Origin: Auanema rhodensis
Taxonomy: Eukaryota; Animalia; Nematoda
Direction of reading: 5' to 3'
DNA length: 64,000 nt
Assembly (NCBI GenBank): GCA_964057225.1
Contig: OZ059897.1
Span: 5,518,001-5,582,000 of the forward strand
The translations under genes were made by a program, and so were the position numbers. The notes under the pieces were generated by a model. It saw only the letters and a list, made by a program, of their open reading frames with translations, ran no database searches and was not told the DNA's origin. Shown in pieces: positions 1 to 13,500 of the stretch; position 1 is the stretch's first letter; each line of letters starts with the position of its first letter.

Positions 1-663
1 ACGTGACGCCACAACGAAACTTCATTTCTATTTAGCGTAGAAGCACACAGCGGTTGTGATTTCATATATTTTATTGTAAAACAAATTAATTTATTTGTAA
101 AAAGTACAATATTGACTTGCTAATATGGGTTAAGCATTTTCATCCTGCAATCATTATCATAACTCTTGTTTCTTCTATCTATTTTTCTCATTTGAGAAGT
201 TTTTTTTTTGTTGTTATAATTTTTTAAACTTTTTATCTATCGTACTTTCTCATATAAATGTTATTTCGGGTCAAAATAGGAACCAAAATGCCTAGTTTAC
301 TTTAAAAATTCAATATCGCCGCCATTCTCGATCTAAAGCTCTTCTTATTTCTTTTCTTTTTAAACATTATATTTTTCTTTTTGCTGCATGTTTTTTTTGT
401 TTTGGTGCCAGGTATGTAAATATGGTTACCTCTTACCTATTCTGATCTCAATAAATTATATATTTTTTTTTGTTTTAAACTTATATATCATTATTTTAAA
501 ATAAATAAATATAAAAAATATGTATAGATCTACATATATAGATAATTCGAGAAAGAAATACAATGCTGTCCGCAATTAACTATGCATATAGTAAATGACG
601 ATCAAAATATGTAAATTTCAAAATTTCATTCATTTTTTTCAACCTTAAAGCAAACGCTTATAT

Positions 664-1346
664 CTATATTTGACAATAGGTTTCTTGCTCAATAGACGAA
701 TAATCCCGTTCATTCCATGCTAATGTTGTATGGCAAAGCTGGAAAAATGGAATAAATACTATTCATGAATATACAAACCGATTAATACAACATGAAACTA
801 GAACTTACAACTTTTTGTTTTTCAGAACTGTCTAATTTGCACTTAGGAACTTGAGTCAGCGGTGTTTTCTGACAACGTAATTAGCTAAGCTAAGTTGCAG
901 TGAATAAGAGATTTACCTGAGGACAGCCACTTCGTTGAAAAGTTGTTTCGAATGAATATGTGGAATACATTTTGCCATTATTGATTACTGAAACCTAAAA
1001 CATGTAGAAAAGTTAGAAAACGATGAGGGTGAACAAAGTTTGTACTTTGGTAGCATGATGTTTATTGGATGTTGCTATCCACCAGTTTGAGTCATGAATC
1101 TGTCTATTTGCTTCAGGTGTCACACTCTTGTTAATTAGATCCTATAATAAAAATATTTTGAAAAATATAATTTTTAAATTGAAAAAAATCACAAAGTCGA
1201 AATTAAATTTTTCAAAAGAAATAAAAGTAAGAAGAAGGATCTACCTGTAAAGTTGAATCATTATCTGGAACGGATATCTTTTTACCAGTAGATGCACTGT
1301 TGGAAATATTAATAAGGCAAGATAGTAAAAAGATGATTTTAATCAT
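664..1346 (-). CDS. Secreted cystatin-like protein, about 136 aa, 5 exons
   Basis: Spliced ORF MIKIIFLLSCLINISNSA-STGKKISVPDNDSTLQ/DLINKSVTPEANRQIHDSNWWIATSNKHHATK/VSVINNGKMYSTYSFETTFQRSGCPQ/KTPLTQVPKCKLDSSEKQKV/LCHTTLAWNERDYSSIEQETYCQI*. It has a signal peptide, a G..S.PDND..LQ N-terminus and cystatin-like Cys/Trp spacing. All introns are GT-AG. Confidence 0.65.
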
Positions 1347-3132
1347 GTCGACACAAAGATAATGAAAATTCTTGATGGTGAGTATCGAATAAATATATCT
1401 AAAAATGTCAAATATTGACAGAAGTTATTGGAAAAATGCTGTGATATCATGAAAAATGGAACACAATTCTGCAACAAAGATGAGTCATATTTAACCATTT
1501 TTATATATGTATAGTAATGAAGAGTGAAAATATTTATGAAAATAACTTCTAAACTAGCAGGCTTATTATTAAAATGAAAAAAAAATGGGAAAACCAGCAA
1601 TGAATAGATGGGAATAATAATGCGAAAAAAATTTCTTTTTTTTTCATTGAGAATAAAAGAGCTCAAATGATTGGAGCGAGATCAAATACTTTTGACAAAC
1701 TTTGCGGTGTTTCTGAATCTCACAAGTCAAACGTTGGACTGAAACGACGCATTATGATTACCATCGAGGACGTTGTCACGCATGTCAACGTAAACGTCAT
1801 ATAGTTATTCGGAACAAACAGGATAGGCTTTCTTGAAATCAGTAAAAAAGCAGAAAAAAGGTCAATTCAGCAAGTTTCGCTAGACAAGTTTATGTGTCAA
1901 ATCAAAGTTGAAAACGTTAAGTAAACTATAGCATTCTATTCTAATATTAGATAACTTTCAAGCAGTCTATCTATGTCTATACATTTGAACCTCGTCAACC
2001 ATTATGTGTACTTATTTCTTTCATGTTTTTTTTCTTAATAACCTACTTCAGACGTAAACTTTATTCCCGTGTGAGAGGGATCGACGAGAGATATGGATTC
2101 ATCAAATAAAAAATATTTGATTTTAGGACAACTTAGAAATTTTAAAAGTCAAGATAGCAAATAGCTTCATTTTTTCAATTCTTTCCTCATTCTCCTTCTA
2201 TCTATCTCTCTCCCCCCACTACTCTCTCTCCCTCTTTCACTCTTCTCTCTCTCTCTCTCTCTCCCTCTCTCTTTAAATATTTTTTTCGATATCTCTACAT
2301 CTTTTATCTCCGTTTTTCCCTAATTTCAACTTTTTGTCTAGTATTTGCAAAAAAACAGTTGTAGGATGATCTTATTTCAATTCGTGAAAGATGTTACTTT
2401 AGCGTTTGTGCAATGGAAGTTGATCTTTTCATTTATGTTTCGTGGGTTTCTTAAGGAAGTACATCCTCAGTTTTTCTATTATTCGCTTCTATTGTCTTAT
2501 TATTTCATAAATCATGCTTTGTTTTAATTATAATTATTATTATATATTTAATTAATATAATATGTTTCATATTATAATATTATAATATATTCCTTTTTCT
2601 CTTTTTATGTGCTGGCGCCAGGGGAAATCGATAATCAGTAGCAACAGCCAGCAAATTCTTTTGTTGTCTTCGCAGCATTTATCTAACTATCTATCTAAAT
2701 TATATTTTAAGTATTATAAAGATATAATAGTTGAAAACTATTGAAAAATAATCAATAATTTGCCTTCCTTTCCTAGGTTTAAAACTGATTTTTCAAAATG
2801 ATTTTTGACAACGGTTTATCATTATTTTCATCAATAAAATATTCTCACATTCAACATTGTTTCAATACAATTATAATGAATTTAAAATATTTTTTATAAA
2901 TTAAAATATTTGTATAATCTATATAGCATATTATATTCGAAACTTCCTAATTTTAGTTTTAAAAAAAGCTATATAAATAAGTTGAAATGAATGTATTGGC
3001 AATATTCGTTGCATTTTAATTAAATGAATTTAATAACTTTTTATATTATTTATTTGTTTTTTATATTAATGAATTCATAGAAAATATTAATGTGTTTTTT
3101 TTTCAGTGATTATCCTTATTACGTGTAATAAT

Positions 3133-3848
3133 ATGAGTTTTTTTTACTATTTCGCTTATGGTAGCAATCTTTTAAAAGAAAGAATTAGAGTTCAAGTTTG
3201 TTAATTTAAAATATACTAATTGAATATGTTTTCTTCAGAATAAAGGAGCAGAATATGTATGCAATGGTTGTTTGAATGACTTCAAATTGACGTTCGTTCG
3301 CGATTCTCAAAGATGGAAAGGAGGTCTTGCTACTGTTCTACAAGAATCAGGAAAACAAGTATGCTTTTTCTTTTCAATAATAAAATATGAATCCTTTATA
3401 TTTTCCAGGTATGGGGTTGTGTATGGAAAGTGCCAATGGAATACTCGCCAGAATTAGATAAACAAGAGTGTGGTTATCATCGTTTAACTGGTATTACTTT
3501 TAATTTACATATTTAAAACTTGACATATCTTTAGTTCCTATTGTTTGTCAAGATTCTTCTATTATCGAATGTCGTACTTACCAATTTTCTGATTTAACAG
3601 CTGAAATACGTGCACCTTCCCCACATTACAAGGTTCGAGTGTTAAAAAACAATTTTTAGTCTCCTGATATTCACATTCTGAATACATGTTATCACCTGTT
3701 TCAGACTGTTATAGTATCGGGTGCTGTTGAGCATGATTTGCCTGCGGATTATATCAAGAAACTAAATGAAATTGAGGACAATGGCTACAAGGGAACTGTT
3801 GAAGTTGATCTTGAAGTCATTCGAGCTTTAAACGTTTCCATAAATTAA
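3133..3848 (+). CDS. Gamma-glutamylcyclotransferase (GGCT/AIG2-like family), 5 exons
   Basis: N-terminal MSFFYYFAYGSNL motif, RWKGGLATV, VWGCVWKV, LDKQE, and PSPHYKTVIVSGAVEHDLPADYIKKL, joined by short GT-AG introns. Confidence 0.9.
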
Positions 3849-4013
3849 ACTTTAAAACTTTATTAACAGTACGTTTAAGAAAACAAAAGCTAAAAATAAT
3901 AAACAGAGATCAACTTTAGTCTGATTATTATGTTTATTTACATTATAACGAAGTTTAACTATATTAGTTACAAATAAATTTTTAAATTTACAATTCTTGT
4001 ACATAATATATAA

Positions 4014-7000
4014 TTATTTTCCAAACAATTTGTCAACGGTATTGGATGCACTACCAAGCATTCCTTGAGCAACGTCAGTTACTTCATCTTCAATAGCATT
4101 TTCAAAGCTCGCAGCTCCATCCACAAAAGCTTTACCAGCATCAGAAGCCTTCTCTCCCATGTTGCCTATACCATCCTTGGTTTGATTGAATGCATCGCGA
4201 GCAGTATCAGAAGCAGCGTTTCCAGCCTTTTTAGCTTCATCTACGGCGGTGGTTCCAGTATCAGAAACCTTCTCCCCCATGTTGTTTATACCGTCTTTTG
4301 CCTGATTGAAAGCATCGTGAGCAGCATCTGAGGCCTTCTGTCCCATGTTGCTTATGCCGTCTTTTGCTTGATTGAAAGCATTGTGAGCAGCATCTGAAGC
4401 CTTCTGTCCCATGTTGCTTATTCCGTCTTTTGCTTGATTGAAAGCATCGTGAGCAGCATCAGAAGCAACATTTCCAGATTTTTTAGTTTCATCCACGGCG
4501 GTTGCTCCAGCATCTGAAGCCTTCTCTCCCATGTTGCTTATGCCGTCTTTTGCTTGATTGAAAGCATTGTGAGCAGCATCTGAAGCCTTCTGTCCCATGT
4601 TGCTTATGCCGTCTTTTGCTTGATTGAAAGCATCGTGAGCAGCATCTGAAGCATTCTGTCCCATGTTGCTTATACCGTCTTTTGTTTGATTGAAAGTTTC
4701 GCGAGCAGCATCAGAAGCAGCATTTCCAGCCTTTTTAGCTTCATCTATGGCGGTTGCTCCAGTATCTGAAGCCTTCTCTCCCATGTTGCTTATACCGTCT
4801 TTTGCTTGATTGAAAGCATCGTGAGCAGCATCTGAAGCCTTCTGTCCCATGTTGCTTAAACCGTCTTTTGCTTGATTGAAAGCATCGTGAGCAGCATCTG
4901 AAGCCTTCTGTCCCATGTTGCTTATACCATCTTTTGTTTGATTGAAAGTTTCACGAGCAGCATCAGAAGCGGCATTTCCAGCTTTTTTAGTTTCATCCAC
5001 GGCGGTTGCTCCAGCATCTGAAGCCTTCTCTCCCATGTTGCTTATACCATCTTTTGCTTGATTGAAAGTATCGCAAGCAGCATCAGAAACCGCATTTCCA
5101 GCTTTTTTAACTTCATCTATGGCGGTAGTTCCAGCATCTGAAGCCTTCTCTCCCATGTTGCTTAAACCATCTTTTGCTTGATTGAAAGTATCGCAAGCAG
5201 CATCAGAAGCAGCATTTCCAGCTTTTTTAGTTTCATCCACGGCGGTTGCTCCAGCATCTGAAGCCTTCTCTCCCATGTTGCTTAAACCATCTTTTGCTTG
5301 ATTGAAAGTATCGCAAGCAGCATCAGAAACCGCATTTCCAGCTTTTTTAACTTCATCTATGGCGGTAGTTCCAGCATCTGAAGCCTTCTCTCCCATGTTG
5401 CTTAAACCATCTTTTGTTTGATTGAAAGCATCGTTGGCAGCATCAGAAGCAGCACTTCCGATGCTTTTAGCTCCATCCACTACAGTAGTACCAGCATCAG
5501 CAACTTTTTCTCCGATGTGGCTTATACTTTCTCGGGTTTGACTGACGGCATTGTGAGCAGCCCCAGAAGCCTGCTCTCCCATGTGGCTGATACCTTCCTT
5601 TGCATTCAATACTACGTCTATTCCTGATCCGCCAACATCCATAACTGTTTCTAGTACTGAGAGTCCAGCTTCGACGGCTTGCTCACCAAACCATTCGGCT
5701 CCATCTTTTGTTTTACCCAAAATTGTTGATGCTCCTTCGTAAATAGTATGTGCTCCTGCAACAGCAGCATCGACAACAACTGAGCCGGCGTTAGACATGA
5801 CTTCTCCAGCTTCAATAGCTGCTTCACTCATGTCTTGTAGTACTTCTTCTGGTTCCTGGTCTGGTGCATGGTTACCAAAGTTGCCTGAATCAGATATGTG
5901 AACCCATTCAGATTCATGATGATCATTATCATGATCATCAGAATTTATTTCTTCTGTAACATATTTCACATAACTATATCATTTTTTTGATAATAGTTAA
6001 TAGACACAGGTATAAAGGTTAATAACTGCGGGAAAACATCTCTACTTAAGTTCTATATAGATAAGTAAACTCGAACTACGAACTACATTTTTTCTCTATT
6101 CTACACATTTTTTAGAGGAAAATGATGAAATTTGGAAGAATATCACAATAGTAATTTATAATATATTTCATTCTTTTTATTTCACAAGAATACATATAAG
6201 AATTCCAAGAACATCTTTTTCCACTATTTTCAAAGAAAGCTTCATTTTCTAATTTTTAGAAAAATTAGTTTTCTAAAAACAAATTAATTCTATGACAGGT
6301 TAAAACAATATTATGAATCAAACATTGATACGAAAGCACAACAGGTGATGATTGAGTTATTCTACTTACTCTGTTTGGCCGCTGTGTATCCTCCGGTTAC
6401 AACCTTTCCGACTAAAATTTATTTTATAAACTTGAAAAGATTCTAAATCTCACTCTCTCCTTCCACGTCATCAATGACTGGCTCATGATCCTTGGAGAAG
6501 TCACCAAGATCTTTCTTTAAATCTGCTGAAATATTACATTAAAATGTTTTCAACAGCAATTTTGATTCGCCATACCAGTGTTCTGTTTGCCAAGAGCTCC
6601 ACCAACTTTTCCAACTGAAATAAAATTATTTGAAGAAAAAGTTAGCATTCGAATATTTGGGGAACTTACGTAAGGCTCCAATACCAGCTTGGATCTTTTC
6701 TAAATCTTCTTTGGTCATCTGAATTGCACCATCAGATGTCTGCTTGGTGGTACTTGCTGAACGTCTACATAAGTATTGCTAGTTTGCTCTTATTGTACCT
6801 GCAGCGCTAGCGCCTTCCTTAACTTTATCAGCTCCTTCAGCTGTCTTCTCGCTGATCACAGCTCCAATATCTTTTGCGATCCCAAGAATATTGCCTAGGA
6901 AATCACTAGAATCTGAAAATTTGTTTATTATTGTCAGCATTACGATGAATAATCTAACGATTTGCTGGTTGTTCACTGGACGTCTTGGTATCGCTGGAAC

Positions 7001-8295
7001 TTGACAGTTGGACTTTGCCTCCTTGGGCATCAACTTTACCGACTGAAATTGAAAAATAAAAAAAACGAATAGGAATAAAAATTTCACCAGTTTCCTCAAC
7101 ATTGTCTTTGTTTGAGTAGTTTTGATATGCTTCCGTAGCTTTAGCAACTAAATTTGTAAAAGATATAGAAAAGTTATTGAAGTGAAAAGTACCCAAAGCT
7201 CCAATGCCAGCTTGAAGTTTTTCTAAGTCTTCCTTTGTCATCTTGACAGCTCCTTCGGCTGCATCTTTAGTTTTATCAGCTGAAATATTCAGTATTTTGT
7301 GATAAAAACCCACTCGTTCGTAGTTCTAACAGATATAAATATCATATTTTTATGAAGATAAGCCAATAAAAATAAATGTTAGTAATCAAATTTGAACTAA
7401 ATGAATTTGTTATTGCAATCGATGAACTAATCTCATTTTTCAAGTGACATCGTATAAATAAGAGTTCAATCACAATCTAATGATTTGAACTTTTGAAATT
7501 AAAGTTGTACTTTATCGAAAACACGAGAAAAAGTAACTGAAGATCTAACCTGCTGTTGAAGCTCCTTGCTTAGCTGCATCAGCACCTTCTTTGCTTTTAT
7601 CACCAACAACTTTTCCTACCTCCTGTGCAATTCCAAGGATTCCACTGAGCAAATCATTCTTGGAATCTGAAAAATAAATTTTGGCCAATTTTATTCCAGA
7701 AAGTCTGACTATCTGATGATGTAGGTGCTGGAGTAGACCCTAAAATATTGACGATGACAATATCGCAAATCGAAGATTAGTATTTACCTGGAGCAGCTTG
7801 TTTAGAAGCATCTCCTTGTCCTTGCTGCCATGTTTTACCAATCTCCTGTGCCATCCCAAGGAATCCTGATAGGACATCAGAGGCTTCTAAATCGCGAATC
7901 ATTATTATCATCAAGTTAAATAGGCAGAAGCCCAATACTTACGGTTTTGTTGAGCAGTTTGTTGATTTTGCTCTTTTGGAGTATCTTGTTGTGGATTTTG
8001 TTGATTTTGATTATTGGGTTGTTGCTGTTCAGCGATATTATTCATCGCTTGTTTAGCTGAAATCAGAGAAAATTAAATAATTAAAGTTTTTTTATTGAAA
8101 AAGATTTCTACAATACAGCATAGCACAACCGGTTCACAAAGAAACACCAAAGAAAATAACATGAAAGCAAGAAGTAAACGTCAAATTTACGTGAAATTTA
8201 CGTGAAATTTACGTGAAAATATAATTTTTTATATGTAAATTTATGAAATAAAAATTAAAATAAACTAACCAGAGTTTAATAGTGAACTGAACATG
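4014..8295 (-). CDS. LEA/dur-1-like amphipathic repeat protein, 14 exons; the 651-aa ORF is essentially the terminal exon (4014-5953)
   Basis: Starts MFSSLLNSAKQAMNNIAEQQQ. Thirteen small exons (6369-8295) join in frame through GT-AG introns to a large exon of 22- and 40-aa A/K/D/G-rich repeats (FNQAKDGISNMGQKASDAAHDA) with 11-mer helical periodicity. Confidence 0.8.
4140..5460 (-). repeat. Coding tandem repeat array of 66-bp and 120-bp units
   Basis: Near-identical units such as GAAGCCTTCTCTCCCATGTTGCTTA...TTTGCTTGATTGAAAG recur at 120-nt spacing (about 5000-5420) and at mixed 66/120-nt spacing (about 4140-4950). Confidence 0.95.
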
Positions 8296-9941
8296 ATTAT
8301 TATCTCGTTTATATATCTGAAAATGATAGAATTATAAACGATAAGCTTAAACAACTTCCACGAAACATAGAAATGGTTAAAATAAAATAAAAAAAAAAGA
8401 ATGAAAAATATTGGAAAATAAAGAACAAAAAATATAAAAACTAGTATATGTATAGAAATATTTAATAGCTACAATTTTTTCTGCAGAAAGAATGCTTTTG
8501 AATGATAGAACATGATAAGTTGAAGCGTAAAATGAAGAAGGGAATACGAAGAGAAAATAATGTTTGAAATACAAACATAAACGTGAAGAAACGGTGGGCT
8601 TTCTGAAAGAAAAATCGACAATCAAGCAAACATAGTTTCAGTTAAAATGTCCATTTTATCTTTGAAAATGAAACGAAAAATCAGCAACTCATCACGTGCG
8701 ATTCGTTTTTTCGAGGTGAAAAGGGTAGTTGGTTGGTTGGATGGTTGTTACGAGAATACTGCAGAAGAGATTGGTCGAGAAAAAGAGAGATAGAGATAGA
8801 ATTAGAGAAATAGAGATAGAATATAGAATATGTGAATATGAGATGATGAGAAGAACGTTCATGATCACACAATGAGAACAACAAATGAAAATAATTTAAA
8901 AGTTTGTTTCAGATGGGGACATCAACTGGAAACTGACCTTATGACCGACTACGAAATAAATATTTCGAAATGTTCAAAACAAAAAGCAAAGAACTACAGA
9001 TATCATATCGACTCCTGCTCTTCATCTCGTGAAAATATGCTTGTCATCACTGACACATTTTCGAAAAAGAAGAAAAAACATGTTTTTTACGATGTAATTA
9101 GAGAAGAAATTACAAATAAATCGAAGAAAAAAAGTCAAATTTAAAAAAATTGCTAAAGAAATCAACATAAAGAAAGAAAATACTATTTAGATAACAGCAT
9201 CAATGTCTTACGTATTGATATTCGATGTGAACATGCTGAACCTAAGAACAGGTTTTTTAGATTCAAAACAAAAAAAATCTTTGAAGAGAATTAGAAGAAA
9301 TTTAATTATTCGTTAAATAAAATATTTTATAAGTTCATAGAAATATTCTAATTATTGAAATAGAAATGTATATAAATGAAGTTAGTCAGTCAAATAACAA
9401 CTACTTCAACGAAAAGCTCATAGATTAGAGGACAAGATTTGCAGTCAGTCATTCAGTTTTAGGTGAAAATCATGTATATAACACAGAAAGAACTAACACA
9501 AGGGGTATCCAAATAGCAATGAAAGAAAGAGAAAGTATCTGAAAAACATAAACTTGCTGAAGATGATATGTTGAAACAAAAATACAAATTAAGTTCAAAA
9601 ACTTTCTTTTCATCAAGCTTTCAATTAAGTTCAAATATTTATTGTAACAATTCAAATGTTCTATTTTATTTCAAAACAGTTTAAAAACAAAATTTTATTT
9701 GAATAAATTAATTGAAAAGTGATAATTTAATCATATATATATATATATATATATGCATGAATAATGCTCGAAATGTGGATAAAAACTTCGTTAACATTGG
9801 ATAATAGTATAAATAAATATTTTTTCTATTCAGTAGTTCAATACCGATGATATAATTTTATTTTTTATATTTAAACCATTTAAATTTTTAAATTGTACTT
9901 TGTTGCTAAATATCCACGTATACATTAAGCAGTAAGCATTT

Positions 9942-9955
9942 TGAGAGAGAGAGAA

Positions 9956-9994
<39 letters not shown>

Positions 9995-10020
9995 AAGAGA
10001 AAGAGAGAGAGAGAGAAAAG
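9942..10020 (+). repeat. Imperfect (GA)n microsatellite
   Basis: GAGAGA run with A insertions. Confidence 0.9.
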
Positions 10021-10536
10021 AAAAAACAATCTTTTTCCAGCAGTAAAAATACTATTTTTACACGAATCAATAAAACATTCAATGTCTCTCTATATATTTA
10101 TTCATATTAAAAAGAAAAAAAAGAAAAAAATATATTACATAGCAGTCTGCTCTAAATTCATAAGATAACGCTGTTAGGGAAGTCACAAGAAATGCAACAA
10201 AAACAATTAATGAACAGAATTTCAAATGAAATAAGAGAGCAAAAGTAAAGAATAGCAAGAGGTAGATTGAGAGGAATATTTAAAACACAAAAAGAAAATT
10301 ATAAGAAGCAGATATAGCAGAGAAATAACGAGACAGCTAAAGTAGTAGTAGTAGTAGTTGAGAGACAAAAATAGAGAGACGAATACATGCAACTTCTTAT
10401 ATTAATATTCTACATAATATATCTATAACTATATATGTATGTATCTAAAGAGATTGAAGTTATTCTACAAAACAAAAATATATTTTACAACTATATTACA
10501 TTAGTATTCAATGAATGATACTACGAAGATATTATC

Positions 10537-13500
10537 TTAATCAATAGGTCCAATTTGATTATGGTTAACTCCCCACATGTGATCTTCCTGTCGTACTGAA
10601 AATAATAGAATATTTATTATAATAATATAATAATAGATAACTTACGCATAGTGCGGCAATCCTTTTGATGTGGTTGAGGAGATGTACCAGTAGATGAAGT
10701 AGATCCTGCAACGGATACTGTAGAAGATGTTAATGAAGTCGGATTGTGGGGAGCTGGCATGAAGCCAGACGCTCCAGGATTAGTGAATGGAGTAAATGTA
10801 CTGGCTTGAGCTTCACTTTTATTGAACCAATCATTAACTTCTGGAAAATAACAAATTTCAATTTCTGCAGAAATCAAAGGATAAACCTTTCAGCTTGTCG
10901 TCTGCATCAACACAGCGGCCGGACACAATTGGTCTTGGATGAATCACGTTTGTTGGAGCATCACAAGTGAAACGCTGAGGAATAAATTCACCAGGATTGG
11001 GTGAACTTGTTGGTGCTGGAGGCATAGACGATAACTCAGGATCTTCTACAAGTACCATTTGAGTTATAGCTTCAACGTTCATCTTCAAAGAGGCTTGGAT
11101 TGCTCACTCACCTCCTTCATCTTGATATTCACCTGCTGGAGCCTCGGAAAATCCTTCATCTGTAATGGAAAGGCCATCACGGACCATTTGCTGTTCTGGT
11201 ACAACAGCCTCGACTATTCCACACGTATTCACAATGAATAGACGGTTATTCGGATTCTCCTCTGACGATTTGCGCTTGGCCACACGCTCTTGAGCACGTT
11301 CAGCAGCAGAGAACATCTTCAGCTCGTCAGGCTTCCACGCTTCACCATGCAGGCTGTGATGAATCACTACGGATAACTTCTCTTCCTGTGAATCGTTCTT
11401 CATCATGTCTGGGTTGGAAGAATTGGGTAAAACATTGCTTTGAACCCAATTAGCAGTATCTTTAGCGGTCTGTTTAACAGAATCGGACATTGATAAGCTG
11501 AGCTTACGAAAACGGGATGATATAGCTGAAGCTACATGCTTGCCGGCATCCATAGTGTCGTTGCCAAGTCCAGAAACGACGTCAACTGAAAAATCTATTA
11601 AGTTACGAAAGACGTGTTCCTACAATGTTCACCTCCCGCCTTCATATGATCAAATACTTGAGAAACTGAAAAAAAAAAGAAGTAAAAACAATGATTTTGA
11701 GAAAAGATTTACATAGATTCATCAAAAGAACCAAAAGATATTTACTTTTCTGAAGATTAAAGATAATATTTTGAAGTTAAAAATACATTTTGCAAAAACC
11801 AAATATATTGTATGTTAATGACATTTTCATTAAATTCATAGAACAGCTTACTTCTTGATGTTTCGTTACGTTTTTCCATTTCGAGATCCACTAAACGAGC
11901 ATCCACATTCTCTCGTCTTTCTAACGAAAAAACAAATTATGTGAAGATTTTCAAAAGAATAATGGATGTATTTTCATAAAATTAATAAAATAGAATATTT
12001 CTTTTATTAACTATCAGCGAATTATGGTAAAATTGCGATTTTGATAACATCAAAAATTTCAAATTATTCTAAAGAATCAACGTTCTAAAATCAAACAAGT
12101 AAAAAATAAAATAACTATATCTAACTATCTATTGAATATTAATTTGAAAAAGTCATAATATTGAGAATAAAACTACCTAGATATTGAGGTTTAAGACGTT
12201 CGTGTCCTTTGCAGCACGGTTCGACTGAAACATATAATAATAAAAACATGAATATATACATATATATATATCTAAATATCTACAAATAAAGCAAAAATAT
12301 AATTAATATCATGTGAAAATTGAAAGAAAAATATAATATTATATATATATATAAAAAAAGAAGAAAGAATATGTATATCAAATGTAAATATATGAAATTA
12401 TATTAGAAATATATATTGAATATAATTCTTTTAAATAGTAACTATATGCATAGTATATACATATGATAAATGAACAATTGAAAAGTAAGGAAAGGTTGAC
12501 ATCTGTGATAAACGACGATGCTAACGTCTTGTAAGGAAGACATGAGCAGATATGAGACAGACTGAACATTTAAATTTCCATATATTTGCTATACAATTCC
12601 ATCTTGATCTCTTGGCTGAGAATCATTTAGTTCTGTCTGTTTCATCTCTTTCTATTCTTGACTCTTACAGCTAACATCACGCCTCATATCAATCTCTCTA
12701 GTTCTTTCGTTATCTTACTCTCTCATTCCGTTTTTTTCACTAGATTCTCTCAAAATATCCTTATTAACTTAAAATTTGTATAGGTTTTTCTTTTTTTCTT
12801 TTAATCTTATATTCTGTTATGCTCTCTATTCCATACTCTCTTTCTCTTATTCATCTTCTGCTGCATAAAAATATTTACGAGAAAAGTCGACCACGCGCTG
12901 ATCAACCAAAGTGCACATCGAGGCAAATGTCGAAAACAAGCTGGGGGGATGGTGGCAAAAGAAAGCATGAGAAGAGAAAATGGAGAGAGAAATATTAATA
13001 GGAGAATGTGAAATATAAGAGTAAAACGGACAGTAAAAGAGAGTCAGATTTGAAAAAGATAGAAAGTCAAGAACAGTATTCGAATGAAAAAAAAAGGATT
13101 AAACACACACGTGAGAGTAGACGCTACCGACAATAAATTCAGCGGAATCGTTAGAAGACAAAATTGGCAGAAAGTCGGAGCAAATTATAAACAGCCAGAT
13201 GTAGACTATTGACGAACCAAAGAATGAATATAAGAGGTTTTTCGAGTCTACACGAAAGTAAAATCGGATAGATATATAGTAAAAATAAGGAAAATGAGAC
13301 AGAAGGCCACACGAGGGCTGTTTTTGAATTTTTTTTAAAACATTTTATTTTGAAACATTTCCCTGTAGCCTCAAGAGGTTTTTGTTAAAATTCACCAATG
13401 TTTTTTTCTTTTTTTCTGTTCGGAAGAAAATAATCGTTCACGACCATTGATCAGTTTTGCAAAAAAAAATGAAAAAGCTTGTAAACCGAATACTAGTGCA

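Noticed and set aside
11713-11749. Apparent extra exon in the uncharacterised gene
   Set aside because: It introduces an in-frame stop, and the flanking exons join in frame without it.
12495-12570. Other UAUCACAG seed matches on the minus strand (12505-12512 and 1439-1446)
   Set aside because: Neither has a pre-miRNA-length stem.
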